The notes beneath the pieces are model-generated. The model ran no database searches, was not told the origin of the DNA, and saw only the letters and a program-made list of their open reading frames with translations. Both the position numbers and the translations under genes were made by a program. Source: a virus (lineage: Duplodnaviria > Caudoviricetes). Taken from it: DNA of 64,000 nt. Of this stretch, positions 18,243-27,983 are shown in pieces (position 1 is the stretch's first letter; each line of letters opens with the position of its first letter). Location of the stretch: IMG/VR virus record IMGVR_UViG_3300027708_000013; one strand, 5' to 3'.

Positions 18243-19622
18243 TCAGCAGTTCCAACGTCGACGTGCTTTACAAATGGCCTTGTCCGGAGTCTTGGCACAC
18301 GAAATATTATGCATCTTCATTTGTCCTCGGCTTCTTGAACAGTAGCTTTTTCTACGCTTTGACGCTTTACTACCACGCTTTAGCTTTGACGGCTTGGTGG
18401 TTACAGCAGTTTTTAATTTTGAACCTGGATGTTCTCTACGATAGGCATTGACAGCTTTTTGACTCATACCTGAAGTGTGATCCCGTTTATTGACCTTTTG
18501 CCAATCTTCTGTGATGGTTTGCTGTGTAACTGCAAACACATACAGTTCGTCATCTGTTAATGATTCTAGGTCTTCCCATATCACTTCGGCATCTACACTG
18601 TTGTGATCAGCCAATCCTTCAATGATGCTTTCAACTAAATCAAACTCTTCGTCCAATTCATCATCATCTTCAGGACCTTCGGTATTCCGTATGTCATTGG
18701 AAATATCCATCATGCTTGCATCCGACATCCTGGACTGGGTCACAGCCCAATCCAACAGCTCTTGGAATTCTGTTTTGTCGGTCAGGATGGCCGGTTCCAA
18801 GGTTTTCAGCTGAGCTATCAGTTGCGGATAACTAGCCAGGGTCTTGATGGCAGTAGCTCTATCCATTTGCCAAGCCTTGATGGTCATGGCCGCACGATAG
18901 GCTGCACGACCCACTGGATCATCATCCAGCTCGCCGTCGTCCCAGTTGTGATCTTCGGGAGGTGCAAATTCCTTTAAGTTGTCTTCCGATACCCCTTGAT
19001 TTTCGTGATCGTTGATCAAATCATGTGCCTGTTGAACAAAAGGCCGATATCTATCTGTCATCTTGTAAGCAAAGTATTTCACTTTTCCATTGAGAAAAAT
19101 ATCACCTTCGAGTATGCCTCGAGCTGAATTGACCATGCAGTCACCCATTTGCTCGCCATCCTCATCGATCACATCAAAATGGTAGTTATAACTGCGTTTG
19201 CCATGGTTCTCAGCTTGTATCCCAGCCGAAACAAGAACCAATTGTGGCATATAGTCCTCGCCAGAGTCTCTGTTAGGAGAAAATTCGTTGAGTCGGTCTT
19301 CTTCAGTGACACTTTCATTGGGCACACATTTACGAACTTGTCCACCGTTCTTGCCCCGCTTGGTTCCTTCGGCATGATGATTTGGCCAGCAACGGGTAAA
19401 ACCGTTGGCGTCTTTTTGACCTTTGGCAATTTCATTGATGTTGCCGTGTGTTTCACACCGACCGCAGTCCGGGCAAGTCATTTCCATCACTTCATGACTT
19501 TCATTATGCTTGCGTTTACCAGCACAGTGAGCCCGTTGACTAAAACCTTTGGGATGACTGCAATTAATACTGTTTTTGTATTTTTGACTCCACTTTTCTG
19601 TTAGTATTTCATTGATTCTCAT
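18243..19622 (-). CDS. Modular protein (leader MRINEILTE) with several small Cys-containing basic modules
   Basis: ATG 19622 overlaps the Dps stop; modules KWSQKYKNSINC, CPDCGRC, CWPNHH..CVP, RRKSYCSRS..RRRWNC; acidic spacers. Confidence 0.7.
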   Translation of the reverse strand: MRINEILTEKWSQKYKNSINCSHPKGFSQRAHCAGKRKHNESHEVMEMTCPDCGRCETHGNINEIAKGQKDANGFTRCWPNHHAEGTKRGKNGGQVRKCVPNESVTEEDRLNEFSPNRDSGEDYMPQLVLVSAGIQAENHGKRSYNYHFDVIDEDGEQMGDCMVNSARGILEGDIFLNGKVKYFAYKMTDRYRPFVQQAHDLINDHENQGVSEDNLKEFAPPEDHNWDDGELDDDPVGRAAYRAAMTIKAWQMDRATAIKTLASYPQLIAQLKTLEPAILTDKTEFQELLDWAVTQSRMSDASMMDISNDIRNTEGPEDDDELDEEFDLVESIIEGLADHNSVDAEVIWEDLESLTDDELYVFAVTQQTITEDWQKVNKRDHTSGMSQKAVNAYRREHPGSKLKTAVTTKPSKLKRGSKASKRRKSYCSRSRGQMKMHNISCAKTPDKAICKARRRWNC

Positions 19623-20056
19623 TTTAATGTACTCCTTAACATCCATGCGTGTTTTCTAAAGGCATCCATTCTTTCAGCAAGAAAATTGCTGAAGCCGTGT
19701 TCACCTGCGGCTTCAGCTTGGTCGTAAACAATCTTTAATATTTTAAACATTTTATCTGCATCGTTCAATAGTTCCGCCACCATCTTCTCTGCCACCCACA
19801 CTGCACTTTCATCTTCAATGCGGGTCAGCATGGCGAATCTACTGTTTGACCCCGGAGCATAAGCACCCAAACTTCGTATTTTCTCAGCGAATTCATCCAC
19901 AGCACCATACACTTCGGTGTAGATGGTTTCAAATAAACTATGTAGTTCTTGAAAGTGTATACCTTCCACGTTCCAGTGGAAGTAGTGACTTTTCAAATAA
20001 AAAGTATAGTGACTGGCAAAGGCTATCTTTGCTGCTTGTGTTAGTTCATCGTTCAT
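19619..20056 (-). CDS. dps: Dps/ferritin-like DNA-protection protein
   Basis: HYFHWNVEG..F..LH..FE.IY, DEFAEKIRSLG, KHAWMLRS. Confidence 0.9.
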   Translation of the reverse strand: MNDELTQAAKIAFASHYTFYLKSHYFHWNVEGIHFQELHSLFETIYTEVYGAVDEFAEKIRSLGAYAPGSNSRFAMLTRIEDESAVWVAEKMVAELLNDADKMFKILKIVYDQAEAAGEHGFSNFLAERMDAFRKHAWMLRSTLK

Positions 20057-23000
20057 AGTATCTCGTATCCTGCTCGTTTAAGTTGTTGTAGGTAATTTTC
20101 CATGATGTCAAGTTCGTCATCGTCATCTTCTACCGGTATCAGCTGATCAAATGTGGCTGACCATCCGCGACCTTGTTTGTCACCGATCCAGCAACGACCA
20201 CGTTCTTGGTCACAGTGACTCACTGTGAATATCTCATCTGGGCGATCTGCGTACTCTGGTGTGAGTTTGACCTGCATGCCGTTGCGGAATGATTGCGAGC
20301 CTTCCTTCATTAAAGCACTACCACCATGATGCTTTTCGATATCTTGTTCTTTGCTGCTGATAGAATAATCCATAACACCGACAATCTTATCTACTGCCTG
20401 AGCAATTTCGCTTTGAACCCAGTCTGGCAAATCTTCATTGCTACCAATGGCATTGTCTAAATGGGTTATTACTCTTTTCATGGTGTGTAATTGATTTTTA
20501 ACAAAATCGCCCTCGCCTTGACTATGATTGTCAGCATCAACATTTTTTAATTGTGTATCATTGACATTGCCGTTGTATTCCGTTACACCGTGTATGGGGC
20601 TGATGCTGTCCACTGCCACTGGCATGTTGCTATCCTCAGATGCAACTCCAGTCACTGGCTTCAATGTAGCAGCCAACACTTTGAAAAGTTTGCCGGTCCA
20701 ATCTCGGATGACAACCTTTCCGCCCTCAATGCCCTGCACTGTGCAGGGTCGATTTGAAATACCCTCGTGCCGTACCTGTTTGCCCTTGGCTAACCAGCTT
20801 GGAACTGCTGATTCCGCCACACCTTGTTGGTCCAGACCATCTACGCTTTGCCACGCATGAGCAAATGCTTGATTCAGTGCTTGAGTAATTCCTGGATATT
20901 TTGATTCCCAGTTAAACTCGTCCAAACTTTTTTGATTCATAAGAATATTATAGATACCTTTAGCACCAGTATCCGCCACATCAATGATCCAGTCCGATGC
21001 TTGCCAATTCTTTGATAAGTTTTTAGCAACAAAACGAATTTGTTGAACTGCTTCCTTGGCTTCTTGATCGGCTTGTTCTTTTGAATATCCCAATTGAGAA
21101 ACATTTTCTTTTCGAGTGCGAAGAATATTGTTACGCAGTAAGGTAGCAAAACGCTGGGCCATCTGTTCTACTTTTGTTTGAACTTCTGGAGATAAAGTTC
21201 CTCTGCCTTCCGCCACACCCGGCTCGCCTGTGATGGCCTGTAACATGGCACGGGCAACCACACGATCTTTTTCTTTTTCATCTTCTGGCAATTGAGCATA
21301 GTTCTGTGTTACCAGTCGTTGACGCTGTGCCAATTTGGCTTGTAATTTTTCCGGAGCCATTGTTTTGCTATCATCAAATATCATTGGATTTTGTATAAAT
21401 GCCTGTGCAGTGACATTCCACCCTCTATGGATGGCATCACTGATCTTTTCAATGTCAGTCTCACCCGAGTCAATCATCTTTTTAGCATAAGCAGCTGATT
21501 TCAAGTTGGCCTGCCATCCAAATGTGTTACCTGGTGTGCTACGACCATAATGATAAGCCGCGTCTAGGGCCTCATCACTGATGGTGGCCAACTGTTCTAC
21601 ACTCAATGGTTTTCCAGCGGCTTCGGCCAGGCCACTGTGTACACGGGTCTTCAGTTGTTCCAGCACTTCATAGGCGGCTGTTAGATCCTGTTGTGCTTTG
21701 GCACGACCCTGATCGGTTTTCAGTATTTTTGTTTTTTTGTATAATTCACGGATTTGCGACTGCACTTTTTTGATTTCACCCATGGTGGCTGTTTCTGGAT
21801 GTTGAAACAGATCCTTGAACGCCTGTGCCAATGCGACGCCATAGACTGCTAGTCCGGATCCAATCACAACGCCAATGCCGGAGAGGTGATTGAGATTTTC
21901 GGGTTTCAAAGGACTATAGGGATTCATGGGACTAAAGGGACTCATGGGATTCAAAGGATTGGTGCTCCAAGAGCTTTCATTGGTGGTGCTGTGTGTGGAG
22001 CCTTCTGTCACACCCGGCTTTTTAGTCATGTACCGGTCAGCATCTGCGGCTCTGCACTGTGCTGGATCTAAAGGATCAAACTTTGCATTTCCAATTGTAA
22101 AATTCTTGCCGTATTTCTTATAAAGACTATTTGCAAGATTTTCTCTGGCTCGACTGGCTGTTGACAGAGAGGGAAATACTTTCCAGTAGATGTTATCGCC
22201 ACCTTGAGTTTTCCTCCACCAAACCACTTGCGGAGTATTTTCTATTGGGCCATTACGATCAACATAGCCTTCCGCCACAACTTGGAATTTACTTTGTATC
22301 TCTTGTAATGCTTGAGCCAACAGTTCGGTTGGTGCCCGGCTGAGTAATTGTGATATATCGTTATGGAACTGACGGTATAACTGACCCCAAGTTGGGCAAC
22401 TATACGCCATTGCATGAGCACGATTACTACTGCCTTCTTGATCTAGAGAGCGAACGTATTTCCAAAGTTCACGTCTAATCGTGTCACGATCGGTTGGAGC
22501 AACTAATTCTCTACGTGCATCTCTAGACAACGGAGCAGTTTCCTCCACACCCGACCGTTGTTTAACCTGCTGTCGTTGTTTTAATTTTAATTTAGTCTGT
22601 GGATCTAATGCCCATCCTGGCTTGTGCCCGGTTGGTTGACTTGTTGAAGCTTTGTGATTTTTCTCCCAAGCAGATCGCATTAGATCCCCTTCGGCCACAT
22701 CCTTCTTGTTGATGTCATCAGTGCCGTGTTCAACGCCGCCGCCAAACAGTTCATGCCAAACCATTGTAAGCACTGGTGCATAGGCTCTAGAGCCGGGCAC
22801 AGTGTTTAATATTTGGTATATGGGTGCCAACCTATTCCAATAATCGGTATAGTTTTCGCTGTAGTCCAACACCGAATGCCAACTGTCTTCTCCGTCTGCT
22901 GGATTTCCATCCTCATCTTCGTCATTACCGGCAAAGGCTCTAGGTCCTATGCGTTTCCACAGTTGCATCATCTCCTGGTATGCACCTCCATCACTGCCAT

Positions 23001-24252
23001 AGAAATGTCCACCGGGATATCCATTGGGGAACATGTCGGGAAACATGCCAACAATCTTGTCAGCTGATTGGCTTTTTTCTTGATATTGGGGGAATTGACG
23101 AATTATGTCAGCCCACTGTTTGGCTATGGTTTGAAATTTTCCACTGGATACCAGTTTACTCAACATGGTGTCAAATTTCAAATCACCAGTGACTTCACCT
23201 AAATTATCTTTGCCATGTACACGATTCAATGCACGATCAACACCTTTTTTGCGTTGCGGACCTTTTGGTCCAAAGGTTTTCTCTATCTTGCCATACATGT
23301 CGCGTTGTACGCCACCCAGCTTTTCGGCTTGTTTTTTGGTCACATCCAATAGATATTGCTCGGCTTTTTCTATTGAGGTTTCCGTTACATCTCGCACAGC
23401 AACACCGTAGCGACGCAACAGGTTCCTGCCATCACTCACTCTAAATGCACCTTTTACATAAGGTCCCACTCGCTTGATGGCTTTTTGTTCTATATGGGGT
23501 AGATGCATTTCAGCCTGTTCGGGGGTGTTGTATTCACCGTATATCACTGCTGCACCGTCCCAGGCCCATACATAATATAATCCGGGGTCAACTGGGTACT
23601 CTCTACCTTGAATGGTTTCAATTGCTTCCGCCACACCATCTTCTTTCATTTTATCCAGCTCGTGTTGTGGAATTCCTTTTTTTCTGAGATAAAAGTCTCT
23701 AGCTCGTTTACCAACCTCAGGGGTATAATTGAATAGCACACTGGCTGGGGTCAATGGTGGAGGATGTCCATGGGCTTTGATATATGCTTTACGTTCTGCT
23801 TTTTCTTCTGGACTTCTCGCATCATGACGCCCGCTTTCCTCCACACCTTTGCTCATAGTAGGACCTGTTGTAGGTAGTTCTTCAAACTCAGCGTATGCAT
23901 CAAATACATCCTTATAGCCTTGTTGCTGGGCTAGTTTGTCAAAGTAATTATATGATACTCGGTATTTCTGCATTAGTGGTTTTAATGCATCTGTTGGGTC
24001 AATGTCTGGATAGCCCTGTGTTAGTGCAGAAATAACTTCTGGCCAGCTTGGACCACCGGAGCCTTCCTCCACACCCGAGCCAACGGGACTGGCCACATTG
24101 TCTGAATCCTGTGTGGCCGCCACACCGTTCAAGCCAGCTGAGGTGAATAGATCCGTGTCTTCGGCAAACTCGTGTATGATTTCAATTCGAGATTCGCTAA
24201 CCGTGGGTTTGCTTGGTTTTTTGTTGCTGTCAAATAAGTCGTATATGTTCAT
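20053..24252 (-). CDS. 1399-aa GVxE-linked cassette polyprotein (includes RyR-like, SH3-like and helical modules)
   Basis: Eight G-V-x-E linkers plus DVAE/VVAE/GLAE/DVTE variants; YAQLPEDEKEKDRVVAR resembles the RyR repeat. Confidence 0.75.
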   Translation of the reverse strand: MNIYDLFDSNKKPSKPTVSESRIEIIHEFAEDTDLFTSAGLNGVAATQDSDNVASPVGSGVEEGSGGPSWPEVISALTQGYPDIDPTDALKPLMQKYRVSYNYFDKLAQQQGYKDVFDAYAEFEELPTTGPTMSKGVEESGRHDARSPEEKAERKAYIKAHGHPPPLTPASVLFNYTPEVGKRARDFYLRKKGIPQHELDKMKEDGVAEAIETIQGREYPVDPGLYYVWAWDGAAVIYGEYNTPEQAEMHLPHIEQKAIKRVGPYVKGAFRVSDGRNLLRRYGVAVRDVTETSIEKAEQYLLDVTKKQAEKLGGVQRDMYGKIEKTFGPKGPQRKKGVDRALNRVHGKDNLGEVTGDLKFDTMLSKLVSSGKFQTIAKQWADIIRQFPQYQEKSQSADKIVGMFPDMFPNGYPGGHFYGSDGGAYQEMMQLWKRIGPRAFAGNDEDEDGNPADGEDSWHSVLDYSENYTDYWNRLAPIYQILNTVPGSRAYAPVLTMVWHELFGGGVEHGTDDINKKDVAEGDLMRSAWEKNHKASTSQPTGHKPGWALDPQTKLKLKQRQQVKQRSGVEETAPLSRDARRELVAPTDRDTIRRELWKYVRSLDQEGSSNRAHAMAYSCPTWGQLYRQFHNDISQLLSRAPTELLAQALQEIQSKFQVVAEGYVDRNGPIENTPQVVWWRKTQGGDNIYWKVFPSLSTASRARENLANSLYKKYGKNFTIGNAKFDPLDPAQCRAADADRYMTKKPGVTEGSTHSTTNESSWSTNPLNPMSPFSPMNPYSPLKPENLNHLSGIGVVIGSGLAVYGVALAQAFKDLFQHPETATMGEIKKVQSQIRELYKKTKILKTDQGRAKAQQDLTAAYEVLEQLKTRVHSGLAEAAGKPLSVEQLATISDEALDAAYHYGRSTPGNTFGWQANLKSAAYAKKMIDSGETDIEKISDAIHRGWNVTAQAFIQNPMIFDDSKTMAPEKLQAKLAQRQRLVTQNYAQLPEDEKEKDRVVARAMLQAITGEPGVAEGRGTLSPEVQTKVEQMAQRFATLLRNNILRTRKENVSQLGYSKEQADQEAKEAVQQIRFVAKNLSKNWQASDWIIDVADTGAKGIYNILMNQKSLDEFNWESKYPGITQALNQAFAHAWQSVDGLDQQGVAESAVPSWLAKGKQVRHEGISNRPCTVQGIEGGKVVIRDWTGKLFKVLAATLKPVTGVASEDSNMPVAVDSISPIHGVTEYNGNVNDTQLKNVDADNHSQGEGDFVKNQLHTMKRVITHLDNAIGSNEDLPDWVQSEIAQAVDKIVGVMDYSISSKEQDIEKHHGGSALMKEGSQSFRNGMQVKLTPEYADRPDEIFTVSHCDQERGRCWIGDKQGRGWSATFDQLIPVEDDDDELDIMENYLQQLKRAGYEIL

Positions 24253-24941
24253 CGTGTAGTTCCTGCTGAAGGTGGTGTTGTGGCAGAGGGTGCTGGTGTT
24301 GTGCTAGTTCCAGGCTGTGCGGGTTGACCGGCAGTAGCCGAGGCAGTGCCAGCTGTGGGAGTTTGTCCCATGGACTTTTGAGCCTGTTGTACCTGTTTGT
24401 TTTTTTGTAATTCTGTTTGTTGTGTTTTATCCAACAATGCTTTGAACTGACTGGCAGTTTGTGGATTCTGTAACATGTTGCTGGCAGCCACAGCCAATGG
24501 GCCCAGCTGATTTTGTTCTTGATTGCTGAGGTCAGTGCTGGGAGCCTGATCTAATTTATCCATTACCGCAGTGAACTTGGCAGGATTCATCTGCTGAGCA
24601 GCACCCAGCTGATTTAACTTTGGTTTGATTTGATTCACTGATTTTTGTATCTGTGATTGATCTGTTTTCTGTTGAAGGGCCGCTGGATCGGGTTTTTGTG
24701 CAGTGGAGCCCGGGGCGGTTTGAGCGGCAGCTCCATATCCGCCCACGCCACCGTATTCAGTAACGTAGGAGTAATACTCCTGCATTAGCTCACGGGCAGT
24801 TTGTTTCACCTGCGGACGACTTTTTAATTCAGCTTGTAATTCTCGCAGTACACTTTCAGTGACAAGGGTTGATGGTTGATCCAACGGCGTTGCGGTGTCA
24901 GCAATGGTGTCCATACGATGGATTAATGTACGTAGATTCAT
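24249..24941 (-). CDS. Low-complexity Q/A/T/P-rich protein in the cargo operon
   Basis: Coupled ORF; LVTE/YVTE sites; disordered-looking tail. Confidence 0.7.
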   Translation of the reverse strand: MNLRTLIHRMDTIADTATPLDQPSTLVTESVLRELQAELKSRPQVKQTARELMQEYYSYVTEYGGVGGYGAAAQTAPGSTAQKPDPAALQQKTDQSQIQKSVNQIKPKLNQLGAAQQMNPAKFTAVMDKLDQAPSTDLSNQEQNQLGPLAVAASNMLQNPQTASQFKALLDKTQQTELQKNKQVQQAQKSMGQTPTAGTASATAGQPAQPGTSTTPAPSATTPPSAGTTR

Positions 24942-27670
24942 CAGCGTTTGATCATACTTTCTTTTTTCACTGACTTCTTACGAAAAGGACTGCTGGGGTT
25001 CTTGTAAGTACCACCAAACAGTGTACCGGTTCCGGGTCCTGAGCCTGGAGTGATTGCTGTGCTGATTGAACTGGAAAAAGTTTCGGCTATACGATCTAGA
25101 TCTTGATCCAGGGTGGGTAATTCTTTTGTTTTCTTAAGAGCTTGTCCGGTTAAGTTGTGTACTTTGCCTTGAGGATTTTTCTTAGGATTGGTTGGTTTCC
25201 ATGGGCCTTCGTCTCGCCAACTGGTGACATTTCCATCTTTATCTTTTGTTTCAGTTCTGTCTTCCGACACACCCGGCTTCTTGACACCCAGGTTGGCTGC
25301 TGGATTGCCGCCACCAAACATGCTGTCAAAAGCATCTTTAGATTGTTGTTTGGTGTCTGCTGTTCGTTGTTTGGCTACTGCTTTTTTACCAGTGATGCCT
25401 TTAAACATCTTGTCAAACTTTGGGTCGCCGGTGGCTTCCGCTACACCCGACTCTGGTAAATTAGGTTTGCGGTGTTGGCCAAGCTGACCTTTAATAGCGG
25501 CTTTAAGATCGCCTGAACGACGGGCTCTCTGCTGATCAGCAAATTCTTTTGTCTCTGGACTTGCACCGGGAGTATTCATTCCAGGAATATTCCCTAGATC
25601 GGTTTGACCTGGTCTAGGAAATTTATGTGCAGTGTTCATACCTGTGCGAGCCCTCAGTCTGTCTGGACTTGTTCCTAATGCTTCCGCCACACCTTCACCA
25701 AATCTATTTGTTGGGGATACATTGCGTGGATCAGAGAAGTCAGCACTAGGCTCAGGCATACTATATTCATGAACTTCGTGAACCCACTCCTCTGGAATAT
25801 CTAACTTACGAGCAATAGTTGCCGCTGGTACACCCTTTACCAGCAAGTCAATGATCTGTTGATCAATTTTACTTTGTGGGCCATTGCCTTCCGCCACACC
25901 CGACTTGCCAGCAGGAACAACTTCAATTTTACTAAATTTACTGTTTTTCATTCGTGCTTTGAATTTTTCTTCAGCGTCTTGCGGATTCAATGCTTTGATT
26001 GTGGCGCTGGAATAGCTTGTTCCAGACTGACCAAAATAGCCCTTGACATCATACACTTGTCCGGGCTGGGCATTGAAATCTGCCTGCATTTTTTTCAAAT
26101 TCATTACACTCTGCTTGCTGATTCCGCCGGGATTGCCGCGACGAGGTTTTTTAAGAGCGGCCTGATACGGAGTATGTATATCTTTTTGTGTATCAAAACC
26201 TTGTTTATCCAGGTAATGCAATACATCGTCGCTGACCTGGGTGTCGAGATCAAATAGTGCGGCAATACCAGCAGTCATTCCTTTGTGTAAAAAAGTTTCT
26301 CCTACTTCTTTGATCATTTCTCCGTCTTCTGCAGAAGCTTCATCATCCCACAATGTGCTGTACTGTTTGCTGAACTCAACAATAGCTGTACCATACTGTA
26401 GCGGGCCATTGTTACCTTCTCCGCCGGGTGCAAATTCGTTTAGTTTACCATTGGCTGACTTTGCATCTTTTTCTAATACACTTGCTGCATGTTGTAAAAA
26501 ATCAATTAAATCATATGCTGTTACAATCTCATAAGGTGTCATGGCACGGCCAAGATCAATGCTCCAGTCGTCCAACTCGTAACGACCTGAGGTTACAATT
26601 TTTGCATAACGCAAGATCCATTGACGTGCTTTTGCAAGATTTGGACTGGCCAAGTCGCGAGTACGATTTAGTACATCATACAACGTATCAATGTGTTGAC
26701 CTGGATCTGCTACTTCTTGATCAATTGCTGAAATTATATCTTCAAGGCCCAGAGACTGTGTATCCGCTTGTTTTTTACTAGTGATGTTGTTGAGCCAGGT
26801 GTCAAATTTTATATCGCCGGTTGCTTCCGCCACACCTTGCTTGCTACTCATTCTTTTCAACAAACTCACAGCATAAACCAAATGCTGGCCAAGTTCTTTT
26901 CGTTGATCTGTTCCTGGTTTAGCATTGCTATTTTTCTGTATACTCTTTGCTAAATTTTCGGCGGCAAGTGCTTGACGGGCCAAATCACCATTGGACCGAT
27001 TGCCAACGATTTGATTTAAAAATCCACGCTTGCGGTTGGCTTGATTTGCACCATCAATTAGTGCCTTAACAATTTTATCTATCTGTTCAGCTGTTGCTCT
27101 ATCACCCACTGTGACAAACTCATCGTGGCGTGTTTCCCAATCCAAGCCTTCCTCCACACCTTGTTCTTCATTCACAGCCCGGTGTTTCACATCCTTCAAG
27201 TGTGCATCAACACCCGCGGTGTTTTTTAATTTCCATTTGGCAGCGGCCTTTCGAGCAGCTTCATAGGAAGTTTTGGCTGTTACTTCGCACTGACCTTTTT
27301 TTGCGTGTACACAAACATAAGCACGTTCTGCATCACTCTCGCCCAACAATTCAGCAAACTTTTCTTCAGCTTCGGCAATGTTGAACACTGTCATGCCACT
27401 GGCATGGGGTCTTTCGCCGCTCATGACATCGTACTCCAACCATTCGACCACAGTTTTTAAATAGTCATTGGCTAGACTGATCTTTTCAGCGGCCCAAGCA
27501 TCCAGTTCGTGCCCGTCGGGTAATTTGCCCAGTAATTGATGTAGTTTGATTGCGTTGGCAGCCGAGTGATAGCACTCTTCTCTCAGCATGTGGTGTTGTT
27601 GGCTCTTATGCATTTGATGTGCGTCATCGCCAATAAATTCGTGTTCTGTGATAAAATCTTGTGGTTTCAT
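24941..27670 (-). CDS. 909-aa GVxE-linked cassette polyprotein (leader MKPQDFITE)
   Basis: Six GVxE linkers; HTH-like module (IIDLLVKGVPAATIARKLDIPEEWV); two ATGDxKFD modules. Confidence 0.75.
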   Translation of the reverse strand: MKPQDFITEHEFIGDDAHQMHKSQQHHMLREECYHSAANAIKLHQLLGKLPDGHELDAWAAEKISLANDYLKTVVEWLEYDVMSGERPHASGMTVFNIAEAEEKFAELLGESDAERAYVCVHAKKGQCEVTAKTSYEAARKAAAKWKLKNTAGVDAHLKDVKHRAVNEEQGVEEGLDWETRHDEFVTVGDRATAEQIDKIVKALIDGANQANRKRGFLNQIVGNRSNGDLARQALAAENLAKSIQKNSNAKPGTDQRKELGQHLVYAVSLLKRMSSKQGVAEATGDIKFDTWLNNITSKKQADTQSLGLEDIISAIDQEVADPGQHIDTLYDVLNRTRDLASPNLAKARQWILRYAKIVTSGRYELDDWSIDLGRAMTPYEIVTAYDLIDFLQHAASVLEKDAKSANGKLNEFAPGGEGNNGPLQYGTAIVEFSKQYSTLWDDEASAEDGEMIKEVGETFLHKGMTAGIAALFDLDTQVSDDVLHYLDKQGFDTQKDIHTPYQAALKKPRRGNPGGISKQSVMNLKKMQADFNAQPGQVYDVKGYFGQSGTSYSSATIKALNPQDAEEKFKARMKNSKFSKIEVVPAGKSGVAEGNGPQSKIDQQIIDLLVKGVPAATIARKLDIPEEWVHEVHEYSMPEPSADFSDPRNVSPTNRFGEGVAEALGTSPDRLRARTGMNTAHKFPRPGQTDLGNIPGMNTPGASPETKEFADQQRARRSGDLKAAIKGQLGQHRKPNLPESGVAEATGDPKFDKMFKGITGKKAVAKQRTADTKQQSKDAFDSMFGGGNPAANLGVKKPGVSEDRTETKDKDGNVTSWRDEGPWKPTNPKKNPQGKVHNLTGQALKKTKELPTLDQDLDRIAETFSSSISTAITPGSGPGTGTLFGGTYKNPSSPFRKKSVKKESMIKR

Positions 27671-27690
27671 GCGTTAAACTCCAGTATATT

Positions 27691-27701
27691 ATAGTATTTA
27701 G
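27691..27701 (-). promoter_or_regulatory. T4-late-like promoter CTAAATACTAT
   Basis: Matches the core of T4 TATAAATA(ctatt); heads the coupled 27670-15475 gene chain. Confidence 0.65.
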
Positions 27702-27704
27702 CAG

Positions 27705-27983
27705 CTAGATTGTAAACGATAAATCTTGACTGCTGATGCCGGCACCGTTGACAGTAAAATTTTGTGTGCTTATACAACCTTGTGTAACACATTCCTGTAC
27801 TGTTAACTGATGTGTTCCCGGCTCAAGATCTACTTCAATATTTTCTTGAACATAAACACTGTATGCGGGCCAACGCCAAGTGCGTTCAGTGAGTAGATCA
27901 CTGTCAACATAAACTCTATACACCGGAGCACCCTCAGCAGTAGAGTTGCAATGAACATCTACAGAGAGTGCCAATAAGGTCAT
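27705..27983 (-). CDS. Small beta-rich hypothetical protein
   Basis: ATGA overlap with upstream stop; YRVYVDSDLLTERTW. Confidence 0.6.
   Translation of the reverse strand: MTLLALSVDVHCNSTAEGAPVYRVYVDSDLLTERTWRWPAYSVYVQENIEVDLEPGTHQLTVQECVTQGCISTQNFTVNGAGISSQDLSFTI

Noticed and set aside
22540-27160. GGAGG inside GVEE-type repeats as internal ribosome-binding sites
   Set aside because: No consistent in-frame start codon at 5-9 nt spacing was seen after the copies, and the commoner GVAE copies lack GGAGG.
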